From assembly GCA_963677435.1 (NCBI GenBank), contig OY781945.1, positions 288,001-352,000 on the forward strand: a stretch of 64,000 nucleotides of DNA, read 5' to 3'. A program made the translations under genes and the position numbers. Below are positions 18,156-30,942 of the stretch, in pieces (positions within the stretch are counted from its first letter, which is position 1; every line of letters begins with the position of its first letter). Below the pieces are notes generated by a model. It was not told where the DNA came from, did not search any database, and worked only from the letters and a program-made list of their open reading frames with translations. Source of the stretch: an uncultured Aliarcobacter sp. (GTDB taxonomy: Bacteria; Campylobacterota; Campylobacteria; Campylobacterales; Arcobacteraceae).

Positions 18156-19157
18156 ATGAAAAATAAAATTTATGATATTGTAATTATCGGTGGAGGCCCA
18201 GGTGGTATTGGTTGTGCTATTGAATCAGCAGCTCACAAAATTGGTGAAATTTTACTAATAGAAAAAACAGATAATCATTCAAACACTATTAGAAAATTTT
18301 ATAAAGATAATAAAAGAGTTGACAAAGATTATAAAGGTCAAGTCACAACTTTACAAGGTAATGTTGATTTTTTTGATGGAACAAAAGAGACTACTTTGGA
18401 TTATTTTAATGATTTATTAGATAATGAAAAAATTGATTCTATATTTAATACTGAAGTTGAAAAAATTATTAGAAATGAACAAACTGACTTATTAGAAGTT
18501 CATACTTCAAAAGGTTTAATCCAAACAAAAAATGCAATTATAGCCATTGGAAAAATGGGAAAACCAAATAAACCAGATTATAAAATCCCACCATCTATAA
18601 AATCTCAAGTAGGTTTTAATTTAGATAGATGTTCATCAAATGAGAAAATTTTAGTCGTTGGTGGTGGAAATAGTGCAGCTGAATATGCATATCATTTGGC
18701 AGATCAAAAAAATAATGTAACTTTAGTTTATAGAAAAGCAGCTTTTACAAGATTGAATGACTTAAATGAAGATATCTTAAATAAATATAATGGTGAAGAG
18801 AAATTAAGACTAAGAATGGATACAGATATAGATTCTGTGGAAAATGAAGAGGGAAAAGTAAAAGTTACTTTTACAGATGGATATAGTGTTATTTATGATC
18901 GAATTATTTATGCTATTGGAGGAACAACACCTGTTGATTTCCTAAAAAATTGTGGAGTTGATTATGATGAAGATTTAAAACCAATTTTTGATGAACACCA
19001 AGAGACAAGTGCAAAAGATGTATATGTAGCTGGTGATATTGCTTTTGCATCAGGTGGATCAATCGCTATTGCATTAAATCATGGTTATAACATAGTAAAT
19101 AATATTTTAAGAAAAAGAGGGAATATTTTCGCTTTTACAGAAAATATTTCAGAGTAA
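18156..19157 (+). CDS. fqrB: TrxB-like flavodoxin:quinone/NADP reductase (FqrB-like)
   Basis: GGGPGG, IRKFYKDNKRVDKDYKG, GGGNSAAE, no CxxC; resembles H. pylori FqrB as recalled. Confidence 0.75.
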   Translation: MKNKIYDIVIIGGGPGGIGCAIESAAHKIGEILLIEKTDNHSNTIRKFYKDNKRVDKDYKGQVTTLQGNVDFFDGTKETTLDYFNDLLDNEKIDSIFNTEVEKIIRNEQTDLLEVHTSKGLIQTKNAIIAIGKMGKPNKPDYKIPPSIKSQVGFNLDRCSSNEKILVVGGGNSAAEYAYHLADQKNNVTLVYRKAAFTRLNDLNEDILNKYNGEEKLRLRMDTDIDSVENEEGKVKVTFTDGYSVIYDRIIYAIGGTTPVDFLKNCGVDYDEDLKPIFDEHQETSAKDVYVAGDIAFASGGSIAIALNHGYNIVNNILRKRGNIFAFTENISE

Positions 19158-19184
19158 AAAAGCATAGTTAAAACTATGCTTTTT
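19156..19184. terminator. Bidirectional terminator between fqrB and gyrB
   Basis: aaaaaagcatagtt-aa-aactatgcttttt. Confidence 0.85.
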
Positions 19185-19191
19185 AAATATA

Positions 19192-21534
<2,343 letters not shown>

Positions 21535-21542
21535 TTAATTTT

Positions 21543-22613
21543 TTATTTTTCTAAAACTATTGGCATTACAATAGTAAAAAATTTATCATCTTCTAGTAAA
21601 AATGGTAAATTAGATTCATTAAATCCAATTTTTATTTTTTCATTATTTGACATGCTTAAAAAGTCTAATAAATATTTAGCATTAACAGCTAGATAAAACT
21701 CTTTTTCAATATTTAAATCAATATCAATTTGAGTTTTAGATTCACTATCTTCATCAAGAGATTCAAAAAGAATTGATGTTGAGTTAAATGTGATTTTAAT
21801 ATTTGAAAATAGTGAAGTTACTAATTTTATAGATTCTACTAACATACTTTTTGGTAATGGGAAATTATATTTTAAAGTATTAGGAATAATTCTTTCGTAA
21901 TCTGGGAATTTACCATTTATTAATTTTGTAAAAAATTTAGTTTTTTCATTTGAAATTACAAGATTTGTATCATCGTAAGAGATTTTAGCTTCATCTAAAA
22001 ATAGTTTTTGAATTTCAATTATTGCTTTTTTAGGAATAATAAATTGAGTTTCTTGGTTTGTAATATTTTGTAAATGTGAAACTGCTAATCTTCTAGTATC
22101 TGTTGAAACAAAGTTTATTTTTTGACTTTTAATATCTAATAATGCACCATTTAATTCAAATTTAGGATTATTGTTATCAATAGCAGGAGTAATTTTTCTA
22201 ATAGAATTTATAAAATTCATTGTTGAGATTGATAATTCTTTTAAATTTTCTGATTTATTTAAAGATGGAAATTCTTCTGCATCATAAGTTGGTAATTTAA
22301 AAGTTGATTTATTTTGTTTTATAACTAGATTGTTATTTGAAGCTTCTATTAAAATATCTTCATTTTTTAATCTTTTTATAATTCCTAATAAATTAGAACC
22401 ATTAACTGTTGCTTTACCATCTATCATATCAGTTATATTATCAATATATGATTCTAAGCCTATTTCATAATCAGTTGCTTTTATGATTAGTTTAGCATTA
22501 TTGATTTCTAAATATATATGCGATGTGATTGAACTAGAATCTTTTTTTTCTAAAAAAGGTTGCATTGAAGATACAACATTTTCAAAGATATTCTTTGTAA
22601 TTACGAATCTCAT
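21543..22613 (-). CDS. dnaN: DNA polymerase III beta sliding clamp
   Basis: ATDYE, STDTRRL, GKFPDYERII, IVMPI; between dnaA and gyrB. Confidence 0.98.
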   Translation of the reverse strand: MRFVITKNIFENVVSSMQPFLEKKDSSSITSHIYLEINNAKLIIKATDYEIGLESYIDNITDMIDGKATVNGSNLLGIIKRLKNEDILIEASNNNLVIKQNKSTFKLPTYDAEEFPSLNKSENLKELSISTMNFINSIRKITPAIDNNNPKFELNGALLDIKSQKINFVSTDTRRLAVSHLQNITNQETQFIIPKKAIIEIQKLFLDEAKISYDDTNLVISNEKTKFFTKLINGKFPDYERIIPNTLKYNFPLPKSMLVESIKLVTSLFSNIKITFNSTSILFESLDEDSESKTQIDIDLNIEKEFYLAVNAKYLLDFLSMSNNEKIKIGFNESNLPFLLEDDKFFTIVMPIVLEK

Positions 22614-22620
22614 TTTATCT

Positions 22621-22748
22621 CCTATATTTTTATTTAATTTAGTGGAAGTAGTAGTCTATGTGAAAAGATGAAAACACCTGTTCAAACCCTCTGTAAGCGA
22701 ACTTTGCCCCAGTGATTAGAAAAGTCATTGTATTCACATCTTTTCACA
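22621..22748. other. oriC: oriC2: DnaA boxes, DnaA-trios and AT-rich unwinding element
   Basis: DnaA-box-like tgtgaaaag 22659-22667, gtattcaca 22730-22738, cttttcaca 22740-22748; TAG-TGG-AAG-TAG-TAG trios 22640-22654; AT-rich 22623-22640. Confidence 0.85.
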
Positions 22749-22781
22749 TAAGTCTTTAAAACTTATTTTGCTTTAAAGATT

Positions 22782-24098
22782 CTACCACTCCTTATTTATG
22801 ATTTTATTCTTTAAATTTTCAATAATTAATTTAAAGTTTTCATCTTTTTCAATTAACTCATTTGCTTTTTTAATATTGTGTGAAATTGAACTGTGATCTT
22901 TCATTCCTAAGAACTTTGCAATATCTGGCATAGAGTTATGAGTTAATTCTCTTGTAAGATAAATCACAATTCTTCTAGCATTTGCAACAGTTGCAGTTCT
23001 TTTTTTAGATTTTATATCACTTGGCTTAATATTTAACTGATTTGCAACAATATTAATAACATCAGGAAGTTTTATATTCTCTTTTGTCTCTTTTATTTGA
23101 TCTTTTAATAAATTTTGAACCATTGGAAGTGTAATTTCTTGATTTAATAAAGATGCACTTGCATTTATTCTAATTAAAACACCCTCAATCTCTCTAATTG
23201 AGTTATCAAGAGTAGTTGCGATGAAATTAATAATTTCTCTACTTAAAGAAATTCCATTTAAATCAGATTTTTTCTCAATAATAGCAATTTTTGTTTCAAG
23301 TCCTGGAATTTGAACATCAGCTGTTAATCCCCATTCAAATCTTGATTTTAATCTATCAACAAGTCCAGCTATTTGTGAAGGAAGTCTATCACTTGTCATT
23401 ACTATTTGTTTTTTTGCATTATGTAATTCATTAAAAGTGTGGAAAAACTCCTCTTGAGTTTGCTCTTTTCCACTTAAAAACTGAATATCATCAATTAAAA
23501 GCACATCACATTTTCTATATTTATTTCTAAAATGTTCCATACTTTTATTTTTTAAAGAAAAAGTAAAATCATTCATAAATTGCTCAATAGTTACATAAAT
23601 AACTGTACTTCCTTTTTCAATTGCTTGATTTCCAACAGCTTGTAAAAGGTGAGTTTTTCCTAGACCCGTCCCACCATAAATAAACAGAGGATTATATTGA
23701 GTTCCTGGTTTATTTGAAACGGCAAGTGAAGCATTATATGCCATTTGATTAGAAGGTCCTACAACAAATGAATCAAAAGTATAAGATGGATTAAGTATGG
23801 TACTTTCGGCTGTTTCGTTTTGAACTTGCTCTTTTAAAATCTCTTTTTTAGATTTTTTTTCACCTGCAAGTTTGATTTCTACAGAAGGTTTAGAACCATC
23901 ATAAATTTCAAAACAATGTTGAATTAAATTTGTAAATTTACTCTTTATCCAAGAGGCAATATATTTATTATTTACTTCAAAAATAGCGATTTTTTCATCT
24001 GAAGATACCTTTTTGTAAACTAACTGTTTTAAGTATCTATCAAAATCTGTTTTTGATGCTTCTTTTTGAATTATTGTTTGAAAATCTTTGGTTGTCAT
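22782..24098 (-). CDS. dnaA: Chromosomal replication initiator DnaA
   Basis: YNPLFIYGGTGLGKTHL, IDDIQF, SRFEWGL, KDHSSI. Confidence 0.99.
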   Translation of the reverse strand: MTTKDFQTIIQKEASKTDFDRYLKQLVYKKVSSDEKIAIFEVNNKYIASWIKSKFTNLIQHCFEIYDGSKPSVEIKLAGEKKSKKEILKEQVQNETAESTILNPSYTFDSFVVGPSNQMAYNASLAVSNKPGTQYNPLFIYGGTGLGKTHLLQAVGNQAIEKGSTVIYVTIEQFMNDFTFSLKNKSMEHFRNKYRKCDVLLIDDIQFLSGKEQTQEEFFHTFNELHNAKKQIVMTSDRLPSQIAGLVDRLKSRFEWGLTADVQIPGLETKIAIIEKKSDLNGISLSREIINFIATTLDNSIREIEGVLIRINASASLLNQEITLPMVQNLLKDQIKETKENIKLPDVINIVANQLNIKPSDIKSKKRTATVANARRIVIYLTRELTHNSMPDIAKFLGMKDHSSISHNIKKANELIEKDENFKLIIENLKNKIINKEW

Positions 24099-24203
24099 TT
24101 ATTTGTAAACTCTTTAATCGTAATTAGTAAATATTATATCAAAATTTTTTATAAAACAGCTTCATTTGTTGCTAAAGGGCTTAAATTTAGCAAATAAAAT
24201 AAG

Positions 24204-24325
24204 TTATACACATAGTGAATAAGTAGTGAATAAAATTTTTCCTTTAAGTGAAAATTTATCAAAAAGATACCATTATACGGGCTATAGATCAATGTGAATA
24301 GAAATTAAACAGAAAGAGTGAAAAG
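24204..24325. other. oriC: oriC1: DnaA box cluster between dnaA and ruvC
   Basis: ttatacaca 24204-24212 (consensus TTATNCACA), agtgaataa 24214 and 24225, tgtgaatag 24293, agtgaaaag 24317. Confidence 0.8.
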
Positions 24326-24790
24326 TTGAAAATATTAGGAATTGACCCAGGTACTCGAAACTGTGGATATGCTATTGTAGAAAAGAGTGGAAACAGTGTA
24401 AAACTTATTGAAGCTGGATTAATAAAAATCAAAACAAAAATCTTACAAGAGCAAATTGTAGAGATGACAGAGGGCTTTGATTTGATATTTGCAAAACATG
24501 TAATAGATGAAGTTTCAATAGAAGATATGTTTTATGCCTTTAATCCAAAAACAGTAATAAAACTTGCTCAATTTAGAGGAGCAATATCTTTAAAAATTTT
24601 GCAAAAATTTGGCAATTTTGCTGAATATACTCCACTTCAAGTAAAACAAGCAGTAACAGGAAATGGAAAAGCAACAAAAGAACAAGTAGCATTTATGGTT
24701 AAAAGGCTTTTAGGAGTGAAAAAAGAGATTAAACCTCTTGATATTACAGATGCTATTGCAATCGCTTTAACGCACGCTCAAAGATTGTAA
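24326..24790 (+). CDS. ruvC: Holliday junction resolvase RuvC
   Basis: [35 protein letters not shown]. Confidence 0.97.
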   Translation: MKILGIDPGTRNCGYAIVEKSGNSVKLIEAGLIKIKTKILQEQIVEMTEGFDLIFAKHVIDEVSIEDMFYAFNPKTVIKLAQFRGAISLKILQKFGNFAEYTPLQVKQAVTGNGKATKEQVAFMVKRLLGVKKEIKPLDITDAIAIALTHAQRL

Positions 24791-24840
24791 ACTAATTTTA
24801 AAATAGATATAATTCAGCCCCAAAAAATTAGGATAAATTA

Positions 24841-25428
24841 ATGATAAAAAAAATCGGAATATTAGCTTCATATAATGGAAGTGGATTTGAAACTATTCAA
24901 AAAGCTATAATTGAAAAAAAATTAAATGCAAAAGTTGTTGTAGTAATTACAAATAATACTAATGCAGGAGTTTTAGAAAAAGCAGAATCGTATGATATTC
25001 CTTATTTTATTATAAATGATAAAAGATATCCAGGACAAAATATAGATGATAAAATTGCTAGACTACTTTTAGAGTTTGGTTGTGATTATATATTTTTATC
25101 TGGATTTATGAAAAAAATAGAATCAAACCTTTTAAGTGCATTTCCAAATAAAATAATAAATACTCATCCAGCACTTTTACCATCAATTTATGGCGGAATT
25201 GGTATGTATGGAAGATTCGTACATGAAGCTGTTATTAAAAATGGTGAAAAAAAATCAGGCGTTACAATTCATTATGTAAATGAAGTTTATGATGAGGGTG
25301 AAATTATTCTTACAAAAGAGCTTGAACTTACTAATGATGAAACAGTTGATTCTTTAGAAAATAGAATAAAAGAGCTTGAAAGTATAGCAATTGTTGAGGC
25401 ATTTGAGAAACTACTAGCTAAAAGCTAG
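24841..25428 (+). CDS. purN: Phosphoribosylglycinamide formyltransferase
   Basis: LASYNGS, LSGFMK, INTHPALLP, GVTIHYV, YDEG. Confidence 0.9.
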   Translation: MIKKIGILASYNGSGFETIQKAIIEKKLNAKVVVVITNNTNAGVLEKAESYDIPYFIINDKRYPGQNIDDKIARLLLEFGCDYIFLSGFMKKIESNLLSAFPNKIINTHPALLPSIYGGIGMYGRFVHEAVIKNGEKKSGVTIHYVNEVYDEGEIILTKELELTNDETVDSLENRIKELESIAIVEAFEKLLAKS

Positions 25429-25439
25429 TAGTCAAATCT

Positions 25440-25895
25440 TTATTTAAAAATAGCTGCTAATTCTTCAGTAGTTTTAACATATTTAATATCTGTGATTTTA
25501 GAGTTTTCTAAAGTAATTATAGAAATTTTATCCGCTTCAACTGGAAATAATCCTTTATTTTCTTCATCAACTAAAAGAATAGGAAAAGCATAATCTCTCA
25601 TTTTTGGTAAAGCAAAAAATTTAGAAATTAAACTTGGCATTCCTGTAATATCTGCCACATAATCAATATTATTTGCACTTAAATAGTTTTTATCCTTTGT
25701 AGATAAAAAATCTTTTATAGTAGCACTTTCAGCTTTTGTAGCTGAGAAAATTATTGTTTTGATATTTTCATCAACTGCATGTTCTTTTTCAAATTGATCT
25801 TTGATTGTTAATGTTGGAAGAGTTTGTCCAACTGTTAATGAAGCTGCAAATGCACTTAAACCAAAAAAAACTGTAAATAGAAATTTTTTTATCAT
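25440..25895 (-). CDS. Exported hypothetical protein (possible thioredoxin-like fold, no Cys)
   Basis: Signal peptide; DQF, ADITGMP...FALPKMR pattern. Confidence 0.6.
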   Translation of the reverse strand: MIKKFLFTVFFGLSAFAASLTVGQTLPTLTIKDQFEKEHAVDENIKTIIFSATKAESATIKDFLSTKDKNYLSANNIDYVADITGMPSLISKFFALPKMRDYAFPILLVDEENKGLFPVEADKISIITLENSKITDIKYVKTTEELAAIFK

Positions 25896-25966
25896 TTTTT
25901 CTCCTGTATCTTTAAAATTGCCGAATCATACCTGCAAAAAGTAAATGAAAGGTTAAAGAGAAAAAA

Positions 25967-26581
25967 TTATTCCTTTGATAAAGTTGGTAAATGCCATTTT
26001 TTATAGTATGCAAGAAGTCTCAGAACTACACCGAAAATAAAGACTATTGTAATAGTTGGTAAACTTCTTAAGTGTAAAATTTCTAATACAAATATTACAG
26101 AAGCGATGATTAATGCAACTGTTGCATAAAATTCTGATACTAAAATAGAAGGAACTCTATTGATTAAAATATCTCTGATCGTTCCACCACCAACAGCTGT
26201 TAAAAATGCAAGTATTAAAACTCCCAAGAAATTAAAATCATTTTGAATTGCTACGATTGAGCCTGTAATTGAAAAAGATACTAAACCAATAGCATCAGAA
26301 ATTATAAAAGCTGTTTTACCTTCTAAATCATCAATTTTATGTAGTTTAAATAATAACGCTATTAAAACAGTAGCAACAACTAAAAAAACAGGAAGATTTG
26401 TTGTAAAAACATATGGAGTTCTATCAGCAAGTACATCTCTAATCATTCCACCACCAAGAGCAGTTAAAAATGAAGAGATGAAAACACCTAAAATATCAAG
26501 TTTATAATGAACAGAAATTAAAAAGCCACTCAGTGCAAAACAAATAATTCCAATAATATCAGCAATTTCTAATGCACTCAT
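25967..26581 (-). CDS. Trimeric intracellular cation channel (UPF0126) membrane protein
   Basis: Duplicated TALGGGMIRD / TAVGGGTIRD motifs. Confidence 0.9.
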   Translation of the reverse strand: MSALEIADIIGIICFALSGFLISVHYKLDILGVFISSFLTALGGGMIRDVLADRTPYVFTTNLPVFLVVATVLIALLFKLHKIDDLEGKTAFIISDAIGLVSFSITGSIVAIQNDFNFLGVLILAFLTAVGGGTIRDILINRVPSILVSEFYATVALIIASVIFVLEILHLRSLPTITIVFIFGVVLRLLAYYKKWHLPTLSKE

Positions 26582-26647
26582 AATTTTAAATCTCCAAAAA
26601 AGAATTGATATAAACTTTGTATAATTTGAGATTATACAAAATTTAGG

Positions 26648-27565
26648 TTAAAAAATTGAAAGTCCTGTTTTTGTAGTGAATAATTCTAAAGCTTTTGTTC
26701 CAATAAGTGAATTTCCTTGTTGATTTAATCTTGGAGAATATACACAAATTGCCATTTTTTTAGGAACAATAGCAACTATTCCTCCTCCAACACCACTTTT
26801 TCCTGGAAGTCCAACTTTATATGCAAAATCACCTGAAGCATCATAATGACCACATGTAAGCATAAGTGAGTTTATTCTTTTTGCTTTTGATTCAGTTATG
26901 ATAGTTTCATTTGTAAGTGGATTTTCACCATGATTTGCTAAAAAAAGCATAGAACAAGCTAGTTGAGCTGGACTCATCATAATTGAACATTGTTTAAAAT
27001 AGGTATTTATTACATCATCTATATTATTATAAATATTTCCATAACTTTTTATCATATTTATAAGGGCATAATTTCTAAATCCATGTTCTAATTCTGAATG
27101 AAAAATTTCTTCATCATAACTTATTGTTTGGTCATTTGAAACCATTTTTATAAATTCTAAAATTTGATTAAAACTATTTTCTTTATAAATAGAAATTAAA
27201 CTATCAGCTGTAACAATCGCACCTGCATTTATAAAAGGATTTCTTGGAATTCCATTTTCATATTCAAGTTGTACTAAAGAGTTAAATGGATTACCAGATG
27301 GTTCATGCCCAACTCTTTTATATAAGTTTTTTCCATAATGATTTAAAGCTAAGGTAAATGTAAAAACTTTTGAGATACTTTGAATTGAGAATTTTTTATT
27401 TACATCCCCAATACCAAAAGAAGTACCATCAAACATCTGAATAGACATAGAAAATTGGTTTGGGTTTACTTTGGCAAGTGCAGGTATATAGTCTGCAACA
27501 TTACCTTCTAAAAATAGAGGTTGAATCTCTTGTTCAATCTCTTCTAATACTTTTTGATAATTCAT
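26648..27565 (-). CDS. glsA: Glutaminase
   Basis: VADYIPALA, SIQSISK, EPSGNPFNS, NPFINAGA, KSGVGGGI. Confidence 0.96.
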   Translation of the reverse strand: MNYQKVLEEIEQEIQPLFLEGNVADYIPALAKVNPNQFSMSIQMFDGTSFGIGDVNKKFSIQSISKVFTFTLALNHYGKNLYKRVGHEPSGNPFNSLVQLEYENGIPRNPFINAGAIVTADSLISIYKENSFNQILEFIKMVSNDQTISYDEEIFHSELEHGFRNYALINMIKSYGNIYNNIDDVINTYFKQCSIMMSPAQLACSMLFLANHGENPLTNETIITESKAKRINSLMLTCGHYDASGDFAYKVGLPGKSGVGGGIVAIVPKKMAICVYSPRLNQQGNSLIGTKALELFTTKTGLSIF

Positions 27566-28404
27566 TAATTTCCTAATAATTCCTTCATCGCTTCGGCTGT
27601 TTTTCTAATCTCCCATTGAGCATGAGAATCAAGTCTTAGTTTGAAGTAGTTTTCTAATTGAGTTGGTTGAAAACCTCCCCATATTTGAGAATATCCTGCT
27701 TGTGGTATTATTCTTCTAGCTTCTTGTGGTTTTACACCATCTTCTAAAGCTTTGTAATAATGTTCTAAGCAAATATCTAATATTTTTTGAGTATCACCAG
27801 CTTCACTAGTTACATCTTTCATTTTTTCACTTACATAAAAATCAAAAGGTACTCTTTTCCCACTAACATATCTTCTTGAAAGTTCTTGCCAGTTTACTCT
27901 ATGTCTTACCATTTGAGATCTTGTTGGAAAGTCTACTTTAAATAAAAATACTTTGAAATATTCTTCAACAATTTTACACTCTTCAAGTGTGTTATAAGTG
28001 GTTCTAATATCAAAGCTATATTCCTTTGGATTATTCTCAAAATCATAAACTAAAGCTCTATAATTTGTAAGAAGATATTTGCCATCACAAATTAATTCTC
28101 CAAACTTTTTTGTATTTGAAAATTCAAGAGCTAAAATCTCTTTATGTTTTTCATTTGTAAAATCAAGTAAAACAGGTACAAATTCAAAAGATGAAGATGG
28201 TAGACCTTGTGATTCTGCCATAAGTCTGTTATATAAACTTTCACTTCCTAAGGCTTTTGGTGATTGATAACAAATTGAAGCAACTTGAGTGATAGCTAAG
28301 ATTCTATTCTCTTCATTTAAATTGGCTTTTGAAAAGTCCCAATTCTCTACAAAAGCGATATCATCACCAAATATATTCTCTTTTTTGTTAATCATGTTTA
28401 TCAT
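27565..28404 (-). CDS. thyX: FAD-dependent thymidylate synthase
   Basis: QMVRHRVNWQELSRRY, QEARRIIP, LRLDSHAQWEIR. Confidence 0.9.
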   Translation of the reverse strand: MINMINKKENIFGDDIAFVENWDFSKANLNEENRILAITQVASICYQSPKALGSESLYNRLMAESQGLPSSSFEFVPVLLDFTNEKHKEILALEFSNTKKFGELICDGKYLLTNYRALVYDFENNPKEYSFDIRTTYNTLEECKIVEEYFKVFLFKVDFPTRSQMVRHRVNWQELSRRYVSGKRVPFDFYVSEKMKDVTSEAGDTQKILDICLEHYYKALEDGVKPQEARRIIPQAGYSQIWGGFQPTQLENYFKLRLDSHAQWEIRKTAEAMKELLGN

Positions 28405-28418
28405 TTTTTAGCACCTTA

Positions 28419-28444
28419 TTGTATAATTAAATCAGATTATACAA
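28419..28444. promoter_or_regulatory. Divergent TGTATAAT -10 boxes for thyX and the HD-GYP gene
   Basis: ttgtataat (28419-28427) and its reverse complement attatacaa (28436-28444) in a 78-bp divergent intergenic gap. Confidence 0.55.
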
Positions 28445-28482
28445 AAAACTACATACATAGATAATTAATTTCAAGGATACAC

Positions 28483-30060
28483 ATGAGTATAAAAAAAATT
28501 GTTAAATTTAGTTTCGTGATAATTCTATTTATAATTACAGTGATTGGAATTATAAACACAGTGATAATTTATCAAATAAAAGAGAATAATTTAACTGAAC
28601 AATTAATTAGCAATTTAGTTTTGATGCAAGAAAGAATGAATGAATTATTAAAAGATACAATAACTTTAGACTCTATTGTTAAGTTAGATAAGGCAAAAGA
28701 TGATTTTGTTAAATATGAATTAGAATTTGAAAAAATTGAAAATTCATTTAAAGAACAAGATAAAAATAATATAGTAGATTACATAATAAATGATATAAAT
28801 AAAGATGAAGTTGTATCTAAAAAATTAACTCTTTTATTTGAAAGTGAACAAGATATTGAAAAAGCATTTGATACAATTTATTTATTACAAGAGGATAAAA
28901 TAACACTTCTCATAGAATTTAATAATGACTATCCATTAGAAAATGAGATTAGAAAAAAATTAGATCATGAAATAAGTGAAAAAAAAGATTTTTATCTTTC
29001 TGAATTATTTGGTGAGGTAAAATATTACAGTAAAGAGGTACTTTACCAAAAAAGAGATACTGAAACTTTTAATAAATGGTTAAATAAAATTCAATTATTA
29101 AAAGACAATTACGATAATGATGATACAAAAAAATATTTAGAAATAGTAAAAAGAGTTGGTGATAATGTAATTAAAATAAAAAATATTGAAGATCAAGAGT
29201 TTGAGATTAGAAATAAAAGTTTTAATATTATTAATTTAAATAAAAAATATAGTCTAGAAATAAAAGACAAAATAGAAGAAATATCAAGTAACTTTATAAA
29301 TATTACCTATTTTAGTATTTTATTACTTCTAATTACTGCAATTAGTTTCTTAAGTATATTAGCCTATAAAGTTTACAAAAATGTTGGTTTATCTGTTGAT
29401 GAAATTGAAGCAAAAATTGAAGATGGTTTGACAGAAATTACAAAACTAAACCAAGAGATAGAAAAAACTCAAAAAGAAGTTGTATTTACAATGGGTGCAA
29501 TTGGTGAGAGTAGATCTAAAGAGACAGGAAATCATGTAAAAAGAGTTGCAGAGTATTCAAAACTTTTAGCTTTATATTCTGGTCTAAATGAAAAAGAGGC
29601 TGAAATGCTAAAACAAGCAAGCCCAATGCATGATATTGGAAAAGTTGCAATTCCAGATGCCATATTAAATAAACCTGGTCGTTTTGATGAAGCTGAGAGA
29701 GAAATTATGAATACCCATGCAGCTTTGGGTTATGAGATGCTTAAACATTCGAATAGACCACTTTTAAAAACAGCAGCAATTGTAGCAAATGAACACCATG
29801 AAAAATGGGATGGAAGTGGATATCCAAAAGGTCTTAGTGGAGAAGATATTCATATCTATGGAAGAATTACAGCATTTGCAGATGTTTTTGATGCCTTAGG
29901 AAGTGATAGAGTTTACAAACAAGCATGGAATGATGAAAAAATATTTAATCTTTTTAAAGAAGAGAGAGCAAAACATTTTGACCCAAAACTTGTGGATATT
30001 TTCTTTGAACATTTAGATGAGTTTTTAAAAATTAGAGAGACTTTTAAAGATAAGTTTTAA
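28483..30060 (+). CDS. Membrane-anchored HD-GYP c-di-GMP phosphodiesterase
   Basis: ETGNHVKRV, MHDIGK, HHEKWDGSGYP, ADVFDAL; two TM segments. Confidence 0.92.
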   Translation: MSIKKIVKFSFVIILFIITVIGIINTVIIYQIKENNLTEQLISNLVLMQERMNELLKDTITLDSIVKLDKAKDDFVKYELEFEKIENSFKEQDKNNIVDYIINDINKDEVVSKKLTLLFESEQDIEKAFDTIYLLQEDKITLLIEFNNDYPLENEIRKKLDHEISEKKDFYLSELFGEVKYYSKEVLYQKRDTETFNKWLNKIQLLKDNYDNDDTKKYLEIVKRVGDNVIKIKNIEDQEFEIRNKSFNIINLNKKYSLEIKDKIEEISSNFINITYFSILLLLITAISFLSILAYKVYKNVGLSVDEIEAKIEDGLTEITKLNQEIEKTQKEVVFTMGAIGESRSKETGNHVKRVAEYSKLLALYSGLNEKEAEMLKQASPMHDIGKVAIPDAILNKPGRFDEAEREIMNTHAALGYEMLKHSNRPLLKTAAIVANEHHEKWDGSGYPKGLSGEDIHIYGRITAFADVFDALGSDRVYKQAWNDEKIFNLFKEERAKHFDPKLVDIFFEHLDEFLKIRETFKDKF

Positions 30061-30159
30061 AAAGATATAAGTAAAAGATTTCAGATATAAAATCTAATTT
30101 TTCTTGTACTTTAATTTTTTCATATAGAGTAAAATTTCCTAAAATTTAAAGGAATTTAT

Positions 30160-30909
30160 ATGAATGGTAATATTTGGAATGCGGATAGATATGCACAAGG
30201 AGCAAGTTTTGTGTCAAATTTAGCTCTTTCATTAATAGATATTTTAGATGCAAAAAAAGATGAAAAAATCTTAGATTTAGGCTGTGGAGAAGGAACTTTA
30301 GCAAAAGAGATTCAAAATCAAGGTGCAAGTGTAATTGGTGTTGATTTAAGTGAAAACATGGTTATAAAAGCAAAAGAGAATGGAATTGAAGCTTTTGTTA
30401 TGGGTGTTACAAACTTACAGTTTGAAGATAAAACTTTTGATAAAGTATTTTCAAATGCTGTATTACATTGGGTAAAAGATTTAGATAAAAGTGCAAAAGA
30501 AATAGCTAGAATTTTGAAAAAGAATGGAAAATTTGTAGCTGAATTTGGTGGTTATGGAAATATAAAATTTTTATGTGAAGCGATGGATGAAGTTTTTTTT
30601 GAATATAAAGATTTTGGAGAGTTTAATAATCCTTGGAATTTTGTGAGTGTTGAAGAGTATAGAAATATTTTAATTAATAATGGTTTTGAAATTAAATCAA
30701 TAGAGTTAATTCCAAGACCTACAAAAATTAATGATATAAAAGAGTGGTTAGATATTTTTGCAAATGGTATTACTATAAATTTGAATAAAGAGCAAAAAAT
30801 TATTTTCAAAAATGAAGTTGAAAAGATTTTAAGAAAAAAGATATATGACCAAGAAAATGGCTGGATTGCAGATTATGTACGATTAAGAGTTGAAGCTTCT
30901 AAACTTTAA
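30160..30909 (+). CDS. Class I SAM-dependent methyltransferase
   Basis: ILDLGCGEG, FDKVFSNAVLHWV, ADYVRLR. Confidence 0.92.
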   Translation: MNGNIWNADRYAQGASFVSNLALSLIDILDAKKDEKILDLGCGEGTLAKEIQNQGASVIGVDLSENMVIKAKENGIEAFVMGVTNLQFEDKTFDKVFSNAVLHWVKDLDKSAKEIARILKKNGKFVAEFGGYGNIKFLCEAMDEVFFEYKDFGEFNNPWNFVSVEEYRNILINNGFEIKSIELIPRPTKINDIKEWLDIFANGITINLNKEQKIIFKNEVEKILRKKIYDQENGWIADYVRLRVEASKL

Positions 30910-30911
30910 TA

Positions 30912-30942
30912 ATATTTACTTAGCCTTTAGCTAAGTAAATAT
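30912..30942. terminator. Hairpin between convergent methyltransferase and yedF
   Basis: atatttacttagc-cttta-gctaagtaaatat. Confidence 0.7.

Noticed and set aside
26616..26640. Perfect inverted repeat tttgtataat-ttgag-attatacaaa as a regulator site
   Set aside because: Explained more simply as a terminator-like hairpin after glsA and/or the TGTATAAT -10 box of the next gene
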